Source: a virus (lineage: Duplodnaviria > Heunggongvirae > Uroviricota > Caudoviricetes). Taken from it: 36,745 nucleotides of DNA. The stretch is from the IMG/VR virus record IMGVR_UViG_2585427964_000003; one strand, given 5' to 3'. Within the stretch, counting starts at the first letter, position 1, and every line of letters begins with the position of its first letter. The position numbers were made by a program, and so were the translations under genes. The notes beneath the pieces were generated by a model that saw only the letters and a program-made list of their open reading frames with translations, had not been told where the DNA came from and searched no databases. Of the stretch, positions 35,340 through 36,745 are shown piece by piece.

Positions 35340-35356
35340 TGGAGATTAGCAAAATT

Positions 35357-35656
35357 ATGTCAAGTAAACAAAGTGAGAAACTAAAGCTCATCCGTGAATC
35401 CGAACGCCTTAAAACTAAGGAACTTGCTGAATTAATTGGAATTAATTACTACACATATCATGGATATGAATCAGGAAAATCAAAAATGCCTATGGAAGCA
35501 GGTATGAAGCTGTTTAAGCATCCACGCTTTCGCAAGTATCGTGACTGGTTCATGTTTGATGAAACAGATCCAGCAGCTGGACAAATAGCCCCGGCTCTCG
35601 CACACATTGGGCAAGACTCAACAACCTTGCACCACTCAGACCAGAAGACTGGCTGA
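35357..35656 (+). CDS. C: Immunity repressor C
   Basis: ATG at 35357 with a GGAG Shine-Dalgarno gives 99 aa (the P2 C length); helix-turn-helix region LKTKELAELIGINYYTYHGYESGKS and C-terminus GQIAPALAH.GQ...QKTG resemble P2 C from memory. The ORF-track start at 35339 is a TTG. Confidence 0.85.
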   Translation: MSSKQSEKLKLIRESERLKTKELAELIGINYYTYHGYESGKSKMPMEAGMKLFKHPRFRKYRDWFMFDETDPAAGQIAPALAHIGQDSTTLHHSDQKTG

Positions 35657-35749
35657 CGATTTATTCAGCATATGTGTGTAGTAAATGTACGAAAGAAAAT
35701 TGCATTAATTTTCAAGTAGTAGAAGTAAACAGCGTCATCGGAGGGCTTT

Positions 35750-36745
35750 ATGTCTATTAAAAAGCTCGATGATGGTCGTTATGAAGTGGACGTCAGACCG
35801 CAGGGTGCAGATGGAAAACGTATCAGGCGGAAATTTAAAACTAAAGGTGAAGCTCAAGCATTCGAACGTCATGTACTGGTTAACTACCACAACAAAGAGT
35901 GGTTGGAGAAACCAGCCGACCGCCGAACTCTTACAGAGTTGTTAGGCAGATGGTGGATATATCACGGAAAATCACATGAGCGTGGAGATATTGAACGGGG
36001 GCGTTTAACGACAATAATCGCCAAATTTGCAGAAATGGGAGTGTCCAGAGCTGACCAGCTAACAAAGAAAACGATAACTGATTATCGCGTTGTAATGATG
36101 AACGATGGTCTAAAACCAGCCAGCGTAAATCGACATCTGGCAATAATGAGTGGGATGTTCACCAAGTTAATTGACGCCGGTGAATACCACTCTCACAACC
36201 CGTTCCGTGAGATTAAACGGTTACGTGAAGCTGTTACGGAAATGGCTTTTTTGTCCAGTGAAGAGATTACGCGGCTGTTATCCATGCTCGATGGTGATGA
36301 ATTAAATGCAACTCTGGTCTGCCTTTCTACTGGTGGACGCTGGAGTGAAGTGTCTAATTTAAAAGCTGAACACATCATTAACCAGATGGTTACGTTTATG
36401 AAAACTAAAAACGGAAAACGCAGGACAATTCCCGTTTCGCAGGACCTGATTAAACGGATCAAGACCAAAAATTCAGGCAGGCTTTTTAATGCCAGTTACT
36501 ACAAAGTGCGTAACGCTCTCAGGGAAGTAAAACCCGATTTACCTGACGGACAAGCAGTACATGTTTTGAGGCATACATTTGCCACACATTTTATAATGAA
36601 TGGAGGTAACATAATCACATTGCAGCGCATCCTGGGTCATTCTAACATTCAGCAAACTATGACCTACGCACACTTTGCACCGGATTTCTTACAAGATGCT
36701 GTGACTCTTAACCCGGTGTCAGGAATGTCCATAATGCGTCCATAA
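35750..36745 (+). CDS. int: Tyrosine integrase
   Basis: 331-aa ORF with GGAGGG Shine-Dalgarno; C-terminal catalytic motifs (R...HVLRHTFATHF...LGHSNIQQTMTYAHF) typical of phage tyrosine recombinases; the stop codon is the last 3 nt of the window. Confidence 0.92.
   Translation: MSIKKLDDGRYEVDVRPQGADGKRIRRKFKTKGEAQAFERHVLVNYHNKEWLEKPADRRTLTELLGRWWIYHGKSHERGDIERGRLTTIIAKFAEMGVSRADQLTKKTITDYRVVMMNDGLKPASVNRHLAIMSGMFTKLIDAGEYHSHNPFREIKRLREAVTEMAFLSSEEITRLLSMLDGDELNATLVCLSTGGRWSEVSNLKAEHIINQMVTFMKTKNGKRRTIPVSQDLIKRIKTKNSGRLFNASYYKVRNALREVKPDLPDGQAVHVLRHTFATHFIMNGGNIITLQRILGHSNIQQTMTYAHFAPDFLQDAVTLNPVSGMSIMRP

Noticed and set aside
1-36745. CRISPR arrays, tRNA or rRNA genes
   Set aside because: No short direct repeats with regular unique spacers and no cloverleaf-like or rRNA-like segments were noticed; the only regular repeats are the 132-bp coding repeat in H and the IS terminal repeats.

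Overview
This 36.7-kb window is essentially one complete P2-like (Peduovirus-type) temperate prophage, running from ogr at the left edge (pos 1) to the integrase stop codon at the right edge (pos 36745), inverted relative to the canonical P2 map. Gene identities rest on my reading of the translated ORFs and recalled P2 protein sizes; no database search was run. Every core P2 module is recognisable: tail genes D-U-T-E/E'-FII-FI, tail fibre and baseplate G-H-I-J-W-V, tail completion S-R, lysis lysC/lysB/lysA-K-Y, head genes X-L-M-N-O, terminase and portal P-Q, the cos site, early genes A, orf83/82/81/80-like, B, orf78-like and cox-like, and the C repressor and int. What the P2 backbone does not explain: (1) an IS21-family insertion sequence (istA/istB, about 2.58 kb) inserted into the 3' end of terminase gene M with a 5-bp target duplication; (2) an AT-rich two-gene cargo (ParB-fold nuclease-domain protein plus Dam-class adenine methyltransferase) sitting where P2 carries tin/old, which is the best candidate for an undescribed system; (3) AT-rich cargo genes in the other two P2 variable loci (Z/fun position between G and FI; orf30 position between S and V); (4) a PAPS-reductase-like PP-loop gene translationally coupled into the early operon just upstream of A; (5) a 132-bp tandem repeat expansion inside tail fibre gene H. 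No tRNA, rRNA or CRISPR array was seen.
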